Origin: Candidatus Parcubacteria bacterium
GTDB lineage: Bacteria > Patescibacteriota > Microgenomatia > UBA12405
DNA: 64,000 bases
Assembly: GCA_023443725.1 (NCBI GenBank)
Contig: JAEZTF010000007.1
Span: forward strand, 103,846 to 167,845
Reading direction: 5' to 3'
The notes under the pieces were generated by a model that was not told where the DNA came from, did not search any database, and saw only the letters and a list, made by a program, of their open reading frames with translations. Position numbers and translations under genes: made by a program. Below, piece by piece: positions 9,258 through 18,039 of the stretch (its first letter is position 1; every line of letters starts with the position of its first letter).

Positions 9258-10392
9258 CTTTAATTCTTCTTAAGATTAAAGGTAAACTTTTTTTATTTAA
9301 ATCCCCTTCTTTTATTATCTCTTTTTTAAATTTATTTTCAAAATATTTTGGTTTTTCTAAATATTCAATTAAAAAATCAGAAATCTCTCCATTTCTCTCT
9401 TTAATCCATCCCAACTTTTTCTTTTTTATCAAATCAATATTACCATCTTCTTGACCTCCAATATGAGTCATAGCTACAAATGGTTTTTTACAAGCTACAC
9501 AATCAAATAAAAAATTTGGACCAGCTTTTCCAAATACTATATCTGCTGCTGCCAAAACTTCAGCCATGTTATCAATCCAACCCAAATGCTTAATTTGAAT
9601 CTGTTTATCCTTTTTAACTGTTTTTAAAATTTTAATAAATTGTTCTACTAATTTAAAAGCTAACTTATCAGTACCCGTATTAATAATCAAACCAACTTTT
9701 TTCTTAACTATTAATAACGATGGTAATAATTTATAAAGTGAATTAGTTCCCAAACTACCACCTCCAACAAAAACTATTGGTCTATTATCCTTAAAACCAA
9801 GTTTTTCTCTAGATTTTTGGTAATCAAATTTTTGATACATTTCATTTCTAGTCCACCAACCAGTCACAAAAACTTTTTTAGCATCTACTCCATTTTTAAT
9901 TGCTTCTTTTTTACCTATTTGGTCATAAACAATATTTAAATCCGCTTCTGGTACAAACGATATTGGATTAATTGTCCATGGATCTGCCGCCACTGTCCAC
10001 AATTTAAAATTTCTTCCTTTTTTCTTTTTCCACCAAACCAAAGAGTGACTATGTAAAAAATAAGTTGAAATAATTAAATCTGGTTTTATTTGACTAATTT
10101 TCTCTTCTAAGTTTTTTGAATTTAAAATAGCTACTTCTTTCAAAATATCTTGGGCTATTTTCAAACCAGAAATTTTATGAAAAATTTTATTTGTACCAGG
10201 AACATATCTATAAGCAAAAGTGTAAAATTCATTCATTGACATTGTTTCCGCCTTAATCTCGGCCAATTCCACAAAATATTTACTACTATCTATCTCTTTT
10301 TTCAGAAAATTAAAAATCGCTCTAGCAATTGATCTATGACCCCATGGCATGTCATCAGTCAAGACCAAAATTTTTTTCTTTATTTCAGACAT
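9244..10392 (-). CDS. GT28-family glycosyltransferase (second MGDG synthase/UgtP-like paralog)
   Basis: N-terminal ILVLTDDMPWGHRSIARAI with the same fold signature. Tandem with the previous gene. Confidence 0.65.
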   Translation of the reverse strand: MSEIKKKILVLTDDMPWGHRSIARAIFNFLKKEIDSSKYFVELAEIKAETMSMNEFYTFAYRYVPGTNKIFHKISGLKIAQDILKEVAILNSKNLEEKISQIKPDLIISTYFLHSHSLVWWKKKKGRNFKLWTVAADPWTINPISFVPEADLNIVYDQIGKKEAIKNGVDAKKVFVTGWWTRNEMYQKFDYQKSREKLGFKDNRPIVFVGGGSLGTNSLYKLLPSLLIVKKKVGLIINTGTDKLAFKLVEQFIKILKTVKKDKQIQIKHLGWIDNMAEVLAAADIVFGKAGPNFLFDCVACKKPFVAMTHIGGQEDGNIDLIKKKKLGWIKERNGEISDFLIEYLEKPKYFENKFKKEIIKEGDLNKKSLPLILRRIKDEFK

Positions 10393-10441
10393 CTTTATAT
10401 TCTACCTCAAAAAGTCTAAACAATTGTTATAATATGGCTAC

Positions 10442-10513
10442 GCCTGAGTAGCTCAGTGGTAGAGCAGCTGTTTTGTAAACAGCAGGTCGTCAGTCCAAAT
10501 CTGACCTCAGGCT
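10442..10513 (+). tRNA. tRNA-Thr (anticodon UGU)
   Basis: Cloverleaf: acceptor GCCTGAG/CTCAGGC, D-arm AGCTCAGTGGTAGAGC, anticodon loop TTTGTAA, T-arm GTCGTCAGTCCAAATCTGAC. Confidence 0.8.
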
Positions 10514-10555
10514 CATATATTTAAAAACTTTTGGTACAATATCAAAGTACAATGT

Positions 10556-10628
10556 GCCCGGATAGCTCAGTTGGTAGAGCATCCCCTTGGTAAGGGGAAG
10601 GTCTTGGATTCGAGTTCCAATCCGGGCT
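10556..10628 (+). tRNA. tRNA-Thr (anticodon GGU)
   Basis: Acceptor GCCCGGA/TCCGGGC, anticodon stem TCCCC/GGGGA with loop TTGGTAA, T-loop TTCGAGT. Confidence 0.8.
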
Positions 10629-10672
10629 CACTTAAAGTTAGGAGGGCATTGCCCATCCGAAGCTTTAGCGTA

Positions 10673-10756
10673 GGAGGGTTGGCCGAGTGGTTTATGGCGC
10701 CAGTTTTGAAAACTGGTGGGCGAAAGTCCGCATGGGTTCGAATCCTATACCCTCCG
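10673..10756 (+). tRNA. tRNA-Ser (anticodon UGA), long variable arm
   Basis: Acceptor GGAGGGT/ACCCTCC, anticodon loop TTTGAAA, long extra arm TGGGCGAAAGTCCGCA, T-loop GGTTCGAATCC. Confidence 0.8.
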
Positions 10757-10859
10757 CAGCGTAATAAATCGTAAAACGATTTAAACGCTGCTGAAACGTT
10801 TAAATTTCTTAAAAGAAATTTATTACGTCTCGCTCAAAAATTGTTGGTATCATTAATTA

Positions 10860-11225
10860 ATGCCGTCGTCCAAGAAATCCAAAAAAAAGTTAAAAAAAAT
10901 AATTTTATTATCAGGAATATCCCTAATAATCCTTATTATTTTGATTTCTTTTTTAATCATTAGAAATAGATTCAAAAATCGTCAACTACCTTCTCAACCT
11001 CAAAATCAATCCGTTATCGTTCAAGAAATTGATTGGGCCACCGCCTCTAATTTAATTAAAAATTGTCAAATTAGAGTTATTTTTCAAGCCAAAACTTTAC
11101 AATTAAATCTTCGTGGGTTTGACAATCAACTTTATTACACTCTCGAGCCTAAATTTAATGATGTAGTTGAACTTGCCAAACAAGTTCAAGGCCCTTGTGA
11201 CATTATTCAAATTGTCACCGAATAG
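10860..11225 (+). CDS. hypothetical membrane-anchored protein
   Basis: Lys-rich N-terminus followed by one TM helix (IILLSGISLIILIILISFLII). No recognisable domain. Confidence 0.4.
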   Translation: MPSSKKSKKKLKKIILLSGISLIILIILISFLIIRNRFKNRQLPSQPQNQSVIVQEIDWATASNLIKNCQIRVIFQAKTLQLNLRGFDNQLYYTLEPKFNDVVELAKQVQGPCDIIQIVTE

Positions 11226-11305
11226 TTTTTTAAGCTTGTTTTAAGTGTTAAAATTAATTATTAAAGTGAATATTGCTTGTTATAAATTATTTTGGAGGCC
11301 AATTT

Positions 11306-11608
11306 ATGAACATCAGGATCAAAGGCGTTAATTTAATAATTTCTTTCAAAGTCCGTCGTCTAATCAACGATAAATTCGTTGTCAAATTAGACCAGCTTCT
11401 CCCCCAATTTAATAACGAACTCAAAACTGCCTATCTTCATCTGGAAAAGAATAAAAAATACAAAAACTATATTGCTAAGTTCGATATGACCCTCCCTGGT
11501 CAAAAAAATAATTTCCACGCCGAAACTACTCATAAAGATCTGACTTCAGCCATTACTGACCTTCGAGAAGCCATCGAAAAACAAATTAAAAAATACAAGC
11601 ACGCTTAA
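11306..11608 (+). CDS. hpf: ribosome hibernation promoting factor (HPF/RaiA family)
   Basis: The MNIRIKGVNL... start and overall pattern are typical of the sigma-54 modulation / ribosome-associated inhibitor family. GGAGG lies 8 nt upstream. The ORF-track start at 11273 is probably too early. Confidence 0.65.
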   Translation: MNIRIKGVNLIISFKVRRLINDKFVVKLDQLLPQFNNELKTAYLHLEKNKKYKNYIAKFDMTLPGQKNNFHAETTHKDLTSAITDLREAIEKQIKKYKHA

Positions 11609-11658
11609 ATTATCAACTTATACTTGATAAACGCGATAAACTTGATAAACTATCAATC

Positions 11659-11838
11659 ATGTCTAAATCTAAAAAAACACCTCGAATTTTGTTGGCCTTA
11701 GTTTGTTCGGTTTGTGGTGCTCAAAACTACCTTACTGAAAAAAACAAAACCAATACCCCTGACAAACTTAAATTTGTCAAATATTGTAAATGGTGTAAAA
11801 AACGCACTGAACACAAAGAATCTGCTAAACTAAAGTAA
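11659..11838 (+). CDS. rpmG: 50S ribosomal protein L33
   Basis: MSKSKKTPRILLALVCSVCGAQNYLTEKNKTNTPDKLKFVKYCKWCKKRTEHKE fits the L33 Cys4 zinc-ribbon pattern. Not in the ORF track (shorter than 60 aa). Confidence 0.8.
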   Translation: MSKSKKTPRILLALVCSVCGAQNYLTEKNKTNTPDKLKFVKYCKWCKKRTEHKESAKLK

Positions 11839-11839
11839 T

Positions 11840-12001
11840 ATGACTGACACTAAAGTCAAAAAAACTGACGAAAAAATCGTTCCTGAAACTACGGTTCCTA
11901 AATTCAATAAACCAGATTTTCAAAATCTTGGTGCCAATAAATTTAGACCAGTATTTAAAGCCACCGGACGCTTTCAGAGTATCAATCGTTCTCGCCGATA
12001 A
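11840..12001 (+). CDS. hypothetical small protein (53 aa), directly after rpmG
   Basis: ATG overlaps the rpmG stop. Translation MTDTKVKKTDEKIVPETTVPKFNKPDFQNLGANKFRPVFKATGRFQSINRSRR. No match recognised. Confidence 0.3.
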   Translation: MTDTKVKKTDEKIVPETTVPKFNKPDFQNLGANKFRPVFKATGRFQSINRSRR

Positions 12002-12010
12002 ACTCTAATT

Positions 12011-12529
12011 TTATTGTTTTTCGTATTGTTGCAATTCGTTGTATTTATATTCCAATTTTATCCCTACTTTTTTAAACATCTCTTCTGATTCAGCCCCAGC
12101 ATGATATTTTCTCTCACAAACAACTCTTTTTATTCCACAATTAATTAAAAGCATGGCACAAGTCCTGCACGGGGTCATCCGACAATATACTGTTGCCCCA
12201 TCAATCGAAACCCCTAATTTAGCTGCCTGACAAATAGCATTCTGCTCTGCATGAACTGTTCGTACACAATGTTCGGAAATTGACCCATCTTCATTAATCA
12301 TTTTTTTATATTGATGACCAACCTCATCACAATGAGGCAAACCTTTTGGTGAACCAACATATCCAGTTACCAAAATTTGTTTATTCTTCACAATTACACA
12401 TCCACTTCTACCTCGATCACAAGTGGCACGTTTAGAAATTGCTTCCATTACTTCCATAAAATAATCATCCCAACTCGGTCTGACATATTTAGATACATTT
12501 ACTGAACTTTTTTTATCTGTTTTTTTCAT
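12011..12529 (-). CDS. dCMP deaminase (ComEB-type cytidine/deoxycytidylate deaminase)
   Basis: Zinc motifs VHAEQNAI and PCRTCAMLLINCGIKRV. Confidence 0.8.
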   Translation of the reverse strand: MKKTDKKSSVNVSKYVRPSWDDYFMEVMEAISKRATCDRGRSGCVIVKNKQILVTGYVGSPKGLPHCDEVGHQYKKMINEDGSISEHCVRTVHAEQNAICQAAKLGVSIDGATVYCRMTPCRTCAMLLINCGIKRVVCERKYHAGAESEEMFKKVGIKLEYKYNELQQYEKQ

Positions 12530-13089
12530 TATTTATGATCAATAATTTGTAATATTTTTTCAATTTTTTCATTTAATTCTTCCAATGATCCATTATTATC
12601 AATTACAAAATCAGCTCTTTTAATACATTCACTTAGATTTTGTTTATTTGGATCAATTGAAACCATTTCTCTTTGTTCATCAGCTAAAAACTTTTCAAAA
12701 CTAACATTATCCGTTGATGTACCTCGTGTAGAAATTCTCATATATCTTATTTTAGGATCAGCATCTACAGCTAACAAAGTAAAATTACCTTTTTTTCTTA
12801 ATGTTTCAATTTCTCCAATAGTTCTCAAACTCTCAATTACAGTATTGTCTTCAGAATTTAAAGCCCTATTAAATAATTCTTCTGCAATAAACCCAGGACC
12901 AAATTTTTCTCTTAAATCATTAGCAACATTCACCATACTATCACGATTGTTTTCTAATCCTCTTTTTTTTATTTCTTCAATCAAAAAATCCCTAGCCGAA
13001 AAATGTTTAAAATTTTTATTTTTAACTAGATATTCAACTACGGTACCTTTCCCTGCTCCTAATGTTCCTGTAATACCAATTATTATCAT
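12529..13089 (-). CDS. P-loop nucleoside-monophosphate kinase-like protein (adenylate/cytidylate/dNMP kinase or CoaE-like)
   Basis: N-terminal Walker A IIGITGTLGAGKGT. Exact family not resolved. Confidence 0.45.
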   Translation of the reverse strand: MIIIGITGTLGAGKGTVVEYLVKNKNFKHFSARDFLIEEIKKRGLENNRDSMVNVANDLREKFGPGFIAEELFNRALNSEDNTVIESLRTIGEIETLRKKGNFTLLAVDADPKIRYMRISTRGTSTDNVSFEKFLADEQREMVSIDPNKQNLSECIKRADFVIDNNGSLEELNEKIEKILQIIDHK

Positions 13090-13221
13090 TCTGGTATCAA
13101 TTTACCATCAATTTAGGCTCAAAACAATCTATCATTTTTAAAAAAAATATGCCCAATATAAAAGTTTTTTCAAACTCCCATATTGGGCACTCACCAAAAT
13201 CCCTACACTTTATAAATTTTC

Positions 13222-13404
13222 TTAGCTATTGGCTACAGCTTTTTCTTCAGCATTTTTCGAACGCTTTTTCAACTGACGCCGCAGATCATTTTCTCTTTCT
13301 GAAGGACTTCTCCTTCCTGAATTAGCTTGTAGCATGCGACCTCCACATTTACCACATACCGTCTGGCTGTTTTGGACTTTCCCACATTTACTACATCTTG
13401 GCAT
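13222..13404 (-). CDS. small zinc-ribbon protein (60 aa), GC-richer than surroundings
   Basis: MPRCSKCGKVQNSQTVCGKCGG has two CxxC pairs, with AAGGAG 7 nt upstream. The ORF-track start at 13422 is probably too early. Confidence 0.5.
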   Translation of the reverse strand: MPRCSKCGKVQNSQTVCGKCGGRMLQANSGRRSPSERENDLRRQLKKRSKNAEEKAVANS

Positions 13405-13562
13405 AAATAATCTCCTTTTCATTCAGTTGTTTTATTTTATCGGTAAAGTGCAAGGGATTTCTTAAAAAGAAAAGATACTTTCAAAAACTATATTTCAAAA
13501 GTAATAGTTCGTATTCTATACCATCTTGTGCAGGTTCGCCAGGAGTCGTCTCAATTTATTAT

Positions 13563-14174
13563 CTATTTTCTTCCTATATACGAAACAATACCGTAATATT
13601 TCAAAAATTCTTTAGTTCTATTACTATCCCAAAAATATAAGTCATGTGCCAAGATCGTTTCAAAACCATTAAACAAATTTTGAACCTGTACTAAAGATAA
13701 ATTGCTTCTAATTGTGTTTAAATAATCATCTGTAGGGAAATTACTTCTGTTTGCTGTAGGGTCTCTGTCTGACAACATTGAAACATATATTACTCCTCCC
13801 TTCTTTAACCCCTGTTTCATTTTTTCAACCGCCTTCTCTACACCAGCTTCGTCCAAGTGATGTAAAACCATTGAGCATAGAATCAAATCATATTCATCAC
13901 TCTTCATTTCAAAATCCAATATGTCTGAAACATGAAAATCACAATTAGGATATTCTCTTGATAATTCACTAATAGCATAACTAGAAATGTCTATTCCGCT
14001 GACTTCAAATCCACTATCAATTAATGTTTTTATATTTGGTCCTAAGCCAACACCTACATCAAGTGCTTTACCTTTATTAATAACATCCAAATACTTAAAT
14101 AGATCTAATACCTCTTTAGATTGATATTGTTTTTCTCTGTAATCACGATCATAAAAAGACTCTATTTTGTTCAT
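13563..14174 (-). CDS. class I SAM-dependent methyltransferase
   Basis: Motif I ALDVGVGLGPN and motif post-I ILCSMVLHHL. Bracketed by a tRNA-Trp 3'-end direct repeat. Confidence 0.75.
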   Translation of the reverse strand: MNKIESFYDRDYREKQYQSKEVLDLFKYLDVINKGKALDVGVGLGPNIKTLIDSGFEVSGIDISSYAISELSREYPNCDFHVSDILDFEMKSDEYDLILCSMVLHHLDEAGVEKAVEKMKQGLKKGGVIYVSMLSDRDPTANRSNFPTDDYLNTIRSNLSLVQVQNLFNGFETILAHDLYFWDSNRTKEFLKYYGIVSYIGRK

Positions 14175-14176
14175 TT

Positions 14177-14250
14177 TGGCAGGTCCGCCAGGAGTCGAAC
14201 CTGGAAAAGCAGTTTTGGAGACTGCTGTGATACCATTTCACCACAGACCT
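14177..14250 (-). tRNA. tRNA-Trp (anticodon CCA), CCA end encoded
   Basis: Reverse complement AGGTCTGTGGTGAAATGGTATCACAGCAGTCTCCAAAACTGCTTTTCCAGGTTCGACTCCTGGCGGACCTGCCA. Anticodon loop CTCCAAA, T-loop TTCGACT. Confidence 0.8.
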
Positions 14251-14281
14251 AAAGTAAAGGAATTTTACCCTAAAACTAAGT

Positions 14282-14914
14282 CTAATTCAAAGTTAAGATT
14301 TTTTTGATTCCTATTAAAATATCTTTTGGAGTTTCGGCAATGAAGTCAACTCCATTTCTTTCTAATCTTTCCTTTTCATGTAACCCCCACAAAACTCCAA
14401 TTGCTTTCATTTTTACTTCATGAGCTTCTTTCACATCTCCTACACTATCAGTTACCAATAAAGTTTCTTTTGGTTTAATTTTGAATTCTTCAAAAACCAT
14501 TTTAAACTTCTCCACTTTACTCGGATTAGTCTTTCTAGCCATAATTCTAGTAATATATTTATCTAAATTATGTTCTTTTAAATAAATTTCTATTGCTTCT
14601 TCATCAGCTGAAGACACAATTATTATTTTAAATTTCTGTTTTATTAATTCTTTGAATATATCTTCTATCCCTTCAATCGGAATCAATTTTGTTACTCTTT
14701 TTGAGTATTGTTCAAAATAATAAACTTCACTTCCATTACCTTCTTCCTCTCTCAATTTTTTACTATAAACATTTCCTTCTGCCCAATCCTGAATTTCTGA
14801 ATATTCAACATTACCAAAATATTCTTGGTTTATAGTTAAACCCATTTCCAGAGTATCAACAATAACTCCGTCAAAATCAAACATAACTATTTTATTTTTC
14901 TTCATAAAACTCAA
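14282..14914 (-). CDS. HAD-superfamily hydrolase (phosphatase)
   Basis: Motif I MFDFDGVIVDT, plus a downstream HAD motif (VTDSVGDV). Confidence 0.7.
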   Translation of the reverse strand: MSFMKKNKIVMFDFDGVIVDTLEMGLTINQEYFGNVEYSEIQDWAEGNVYSKKLREEEGNGSEVYYFEQYSKRVTKLIPIEGIEDIFKELIKQKFKIIIVSSADEEAIEIYLKEHNLDKYITRIMARKTNPSKVEKFKMVFEEFKIKPKETLLVTDSVGDVKEAHEVKMKAIGVLWGLHEKERLERNGVDFIAETPKDILIGIKKILTLN

Positions 14915-15965
14915 TTTTATTTAATAGTTTTTGAATTTTAATCTTATCAAAAAATTTATCCAAAAACATCTTTTCTAAAAATTTTCGTAAAATATCAATT
15001 CCAAATCCTAATATAAATATTATTATTGCCACTAACAATAAATAAAATCCAAAATAATTAAAATTAGCAAAATGTTTAATATTGAAAATTTGATACCACA
15101 AATAAGACCAAATAGGTCCATCATGAAATAAATATATTCCCAAAGTAGTTGAAGCCAATAAGTTTATTAATTTATTATTCTTTATCTCAAGGTTTTTAAA
15201 CAAGAAAAATAATGATATTGACCAAATCAACATCAAAAAAGAATTTGGTCTCCAAAAATAATTAGCACTAATTCCCGGTATTTTAAAAAATTCGATTATT
15301 AAAATAGGTAAAATGATTAACATTGTTGAAGCTAAAAATATTAATATTGAATTCTTTAATTTGTTAAAAAATTTCGGCAAAAACAGTCTTGTATAGGCTC
15401 CAAACAAAAACATCATTACTCCCCAGATAAATCGACTAAAAAACAAATAACTCTCAGTTTCGTTTGTTTTAAAACCCAATATTGTCGGCCAGAAAGACCA
15501 AATAAATGTCATTAAAAATAAAACCATCGACATTTGTTTCTTTGAAAGAGTTAATATCGTTTTTTTTAAAACTGGAGAGAATAAATAAATTAAAATATAA
15601 ACACTTAAAAACCAATAAGCCCCATTCAACACTGGTAAAAATGCTCTTGGTAACCACCAATCAATTCCAGAATTATTTCCAGTAACTTTCAACAAAAAAA
15701 CTCCAAATAATATATAAAAACTTGCTTCCAAGGAGACTTTAATTACTTTTATCCACTTAAAATTATTTTCTAAAAAGAAATATCCTGAAATTAAAATAAA
15801 ACAACTCACTCCTAATTCTCCTAACATGTCCAAAAAATCAACTAAAATTTTGTTAAAACTCAAAGTCGAATATCCCACTCCGCTATGCCAAACCGAATGG
15901 TACAGAATAATACACACTATACTTACAATTCTCAGCAATTCAAAATTAGATTTTCTAGAGTTCAT
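14892..15965 (-). CDS. acyltransferase-3 family membrane O-acyltransferase (OafA/WecH-like)
   Basis: Ten or more TM helices and an N-terminal FELLRIVSIVCIILYH acyltransferase-3 signature. The ORF-track start at 16016 runs into the tRNA-Ala gene, so the start was moved to Met at 15965. Confidence 0.65.
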   Translation of the reverse strand: MNSRKSNFELLRIVSIVCIILYHSVWHSGVGYSTLSFNKILVDFLDMLGELGVSCFILISGYFFLENNFKWIKVIKVSLEASFYILFGVFLLKVTGNNSGIDWWLPRAFLPVLNGAYWFLSVYILIYLFSPVLKKTILTLSKKQMSMVLFLMTFIWSFWPTILGFKTNETESYLFFSRFIWGVMMFLFGAYTRLFLPKFFNKLKNSILIFLASTMLIILPILIIEFFKIPGISANYFWRPNSFLMLIWSISLFFLFKNLEIKNNKLINLLASTTLGIYLFHDGPIWSYLWYQIFNIKHFANFNYFGFYLLLVAIIIFILGFGIDILRKFLEKMFLDKFFDKIKIQKLLNKIEFYEEK

Positions 15966-15974
15966 TTTTTTTAG

Positions 15975-16047
15975 TGGACCCAAGGGGACTCGAACCCCTG
16001 ACCTTCCCCATGCCATGGGGACGCGCTACCAACTACGCTATGGGCCC
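15975..16047 (-). tRNA. tRNA-Ala (anticodon GGC) with G3:U70
   Basis: Reverse complement GGGCCCATAGCGTAGTTGGTAGCGCGTCCCCATGGCATGGGGAAGGTCAGGGGTTCGAGTCCCCTTGGGTCCA. Anticodon loop ATGGCAT and a G3-U70 wobble in the acceptor stem. Confidence 0.8.
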
Positions 16048-16132
16048 TTTCAGGTTACATATTCTATCAAAAATTTTTTTATGCTACCATGTAGCTAGTC
16101 AACTAAATTAAAAGTTTATTTTTCATAAATTT

Positions 16133-17008
16133 ATGATTAAAAAAGCTGTTATAGCCGCTGCTGGCCGCGGAACTCGTTTTCTTCCTGTCGTTAAAACATA
16201 CCCCAAAGAACTTATTGCTGTTTTAGAAAAACCAAATATTCAATATTTAGTTGAAGAAGCCATTGGTGCTGGTGTTACCGAAATTGCCATCGTTCATCGA
16301 ACTGGTGAAGATTCAATTGAAAAATATTTCACTCCAGATCAAGATCTTGAGGACTATCTTATCAAAAATAATAAACTTAGTTATTTAGATAGCCTTAAAG
16401 CTATTTGGTCAAAAGCTAAAATTACTTTTATTGCTCAACCTCTTAATCTTCCTTACGGTAATGGTTCTCCCCTTTTAGCTGCAAAAAACTTTATTGATGG
16501 TCAAGATTTTATTTATATGTTTGGTGATGATTTAACTTTAGAACCAGTTCCCGGACAATTCTTGTCTAGAATGATTGCTACATATGAAAAATATCAACCA
16601 GCTGAAGTTATCGCTGTCAAAGATGTTGGCCGTGAAGAAATTGTTCGCTATGGTTCTGCTCAATATATGAATGATTCACAATATCCTAACCGTATTTCAG
16701 CTATGTTAGAAAAACTTCCGGCCGATCAAGCTCCTTCTACTTTTGCTCAAGGTGGTCGTTTCGTAGTTTCTGCTAAAGTTATTTCTATTTTAGAATCACA
16801 AGAGCTTTCTCGAGATAATGAACTTTGGTTTGCTGACGCTAGCAACACCATGGCCAAAAATGATGTCGTTATGACTCAAGCTTTTGAAGGTGAAGAAGAT
16901 TGGGTCACTACTGGTGATCCTCTTCGTTGGCTCAAAGCTAATATATTGTTAGCTATAAAATATTCTCCATACAAAGACGACCTTCGTGAATTTTTAAAAA
17001 CTTTATAA
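16133..17008 (+). CDS. galU: UTP--glucose-1-phosphate uridylyltransferase
   Basis: KAVIAAAGRGTRFLPVVKTYPKELIAVLEKPNIQYLVEEA matches the GalU N-terminus. Confidence 0.85.
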   Translation: MIKKAVIAAAGRGTRFLPVVKTYPKELIAVLEKPNIQYLVEEAIGAGVTEIAIVHRTGEDSIEKYFTPDQDLEDYLIKNNKLSYLDSLKAIWSKAKITFIAQPLNLPYGNGSPLLAAKNFIDGQDFIYMFGDDLTLEPVPGQFLSRMIATYEKYQPAEVIAVKDVGREEIVRYGSAQYMNDSQYPNRISAMLEKLPADQAPSTFAQGGRFVVSAKVISILESQELSRDNELWFADASNTMAKNDVVMTQAFEGEEDWVTTGDPLRWLKANILLAIKYSPYKDDLREFLKTL

Positions 17009-17025
17009 TAAAAATTTACCGAGAA

Positions 17026-17068
17026 TTCATTATTATGATGGACTCTCGGTATTTTTTTTAGTCTATTT
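17026..17068 (+). terminator. rho-independent terminator of galU
   Basis: TACCGAGA...TCTCGGTA hairpin followed by T8. Confidence 0.7.
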
Positions 17069-17078
17069 CTATCCTATA

Positions 17079-17119
17079 ATCTTGACAAAGTGACATTTTT
17101 ATGCTAGTATTTTAGTTGA
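17079..17119 (+). promoter_or_regulatory. sigma70-like promoter (TTGACA-17-TAGTAT) preceded by the 20-nt repeat TATCCTATAATCTTGACAAA, copy 1
   Basis: -35 at 17091-17096 and -10 at 17114-17119 with 17-nt spacing. An identical 20-mer recurs at 17873-17892. Confidence 0.6.
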
Positions 17120-17203
17120 ATTAATAAAAATAAATCTTAAAAAGCTTAAGACAAATTTTTATTAAAGTACCTTAACAGTTTTAGTGAATAAAAAGCTTTT
17201 TAT

Positions 17204-17250
17204 AAGCTTGCTACTTGGAAATCATTTATTGGTTTCCAGCTACCAAGCTT
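17204..17250 (+). promoter_or_regulatory. 5' leader hairpin, copy 1 (AAGCTTGCTACTTGGAAA-loop-TTTCCAGCTACCAAGCTT)
   Basis: 18-bp imperfect stem with an 11-nt loop TCATTTATTGG. Homologous to 18040-18086 with compensatory changes. Confidence 0.55.
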
Positions 17251-17305
17251 ATAGAAAGAAGCATTGGATAACAGAAAATAAAAAAATAGAAGGAGAATCA
17301 CAATT

Positions 17306-17749
17306 ATGGAAAACAAGAATCAAGTTTCAACAGACACTTCCAGCCACGGAATTCACTACCAAGCAAAACCTCGAACCGTCCTCGTGTGGATGGTGTTGGG
17401 TTTCTTCGCCCTGATGCTCATTACCGCCGTCATCTGTAACCTGTACTATGGTTACCAATATGATCTGGCAAGAGCAAAGGAAGGAGAACAAGTAGTACTT
17501 TCATTGAATGAGCCATTTATGGTTATCGGCCTCGGGCTGTTGATCTATGGTATCATCGCGGCTTATACCGCAATGTCTTACCACAATGGTAAGATTGAGA
17601 TCAAGGAGAATACTTCCAAATTTGGAAAAGGTCTCTTTTTGGTCTACATTTCCACATGGAATGTAATTATTCCATTGGTTATGGGCTTCGCTATCTCCTT
17701 GGCTGATTACCTTGAATGGACAATTTCAATCATATTAAACATTCACTAA
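17306..17749 (+). CDS. small 3-TM membrane protein, hypothetical (GC-rich, about 43%)
   Basis: GAAGGAG lies 10 nt upstream. Three hydrophobic helices. Composition differs strongly from the flanks. No domain recognised. Confidence 0.55.
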   Translation: MENKNQVSTDTSSHGIHYQAKPRTVLVWMVLGFFALMLITAVICNLYYGYQYDLARAKEGEQVVLSLNEPFMVIGLGLLIYGIIAAYTAMSYHNGKIEIKENTSKFGKGLFLVYISTWNVIIPLVMGFAISLADYLEWTISIILNIH

Positions 17750-17762
17750 GCTGCCCTGAAAA

Positions 17763-17862
17763 GAGGCTGGGATCATTCGTATGAGTTTGTAAAAAGTTTT
17801 GTTGACAATCTGATTGTCACACTACAATTTACTCTTTCATACGAACCCCAGCCTCCTTTTTT
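17763..17862 (+). terminator. long hairpin terminator (GAGGCTGGG...CCCAGCCTC plus T-run) with an internal TGACAATC/GATTGTCA palindrome
   Basis: Outer 9-bp and inner roughly 10-bp stems followed by TTTTTT. The loop holds a perfect 8-bp inverted repeat at 17803-17819. Confidence 0.6.
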
Positions 17863-17872
17863 ATCTCAACAC

Positions 17873-17913
17873 TATCCTATAATCTTGACAAATCGCCTAT
17901 TTTAGGCTATAAT
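17873..17913 (+). promoter_or_regulatory. sigma70-like promoter (TTGACA-17-TATAAT) preceded by the 20-nt repeat, copy 2
   Basis: -35 at 17885-17890 and -10 at 17908-17913. Identical 20-mer to 17079-17098. Confidence 0.65.
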
Positions 17914-18039
17914 CCCCTCGATACTTAAAAAGTATCAAATTTTAACAAAGTAAAACTAAAAGAATCAAAAATTGCTTTTGGTTAAAAGTTTTACAGCACG
18001 TTAAAAATCTGTAGAAGTTAGAAGACTAACCTTAAAAGT

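Noticed and set aside
10571-10774. 67-aa ORF on the + strand
   Set aside because: It lies entirely over the tRNA-Thr(GGU) and tRNA-Ser genes. Its GC-rich tRNA sequence gives a spurious open frame.
15826-16098. 90-aa + strand ORF and the 17-aa N-terminal extension (MAWGRSGVRVPLGPLKK) of the acyltransferase ORF
   Set aside because: Both run through the tRNA-Ala gene. The acyltransferase start was moved to the internal Met at 15965.
17184-17414. 76-aa ORF overlapping the leader and start of 17306-17749
   Set aside because: It has no SD. It overlaps the conserved leader hairpin and the better-supported downstream start.
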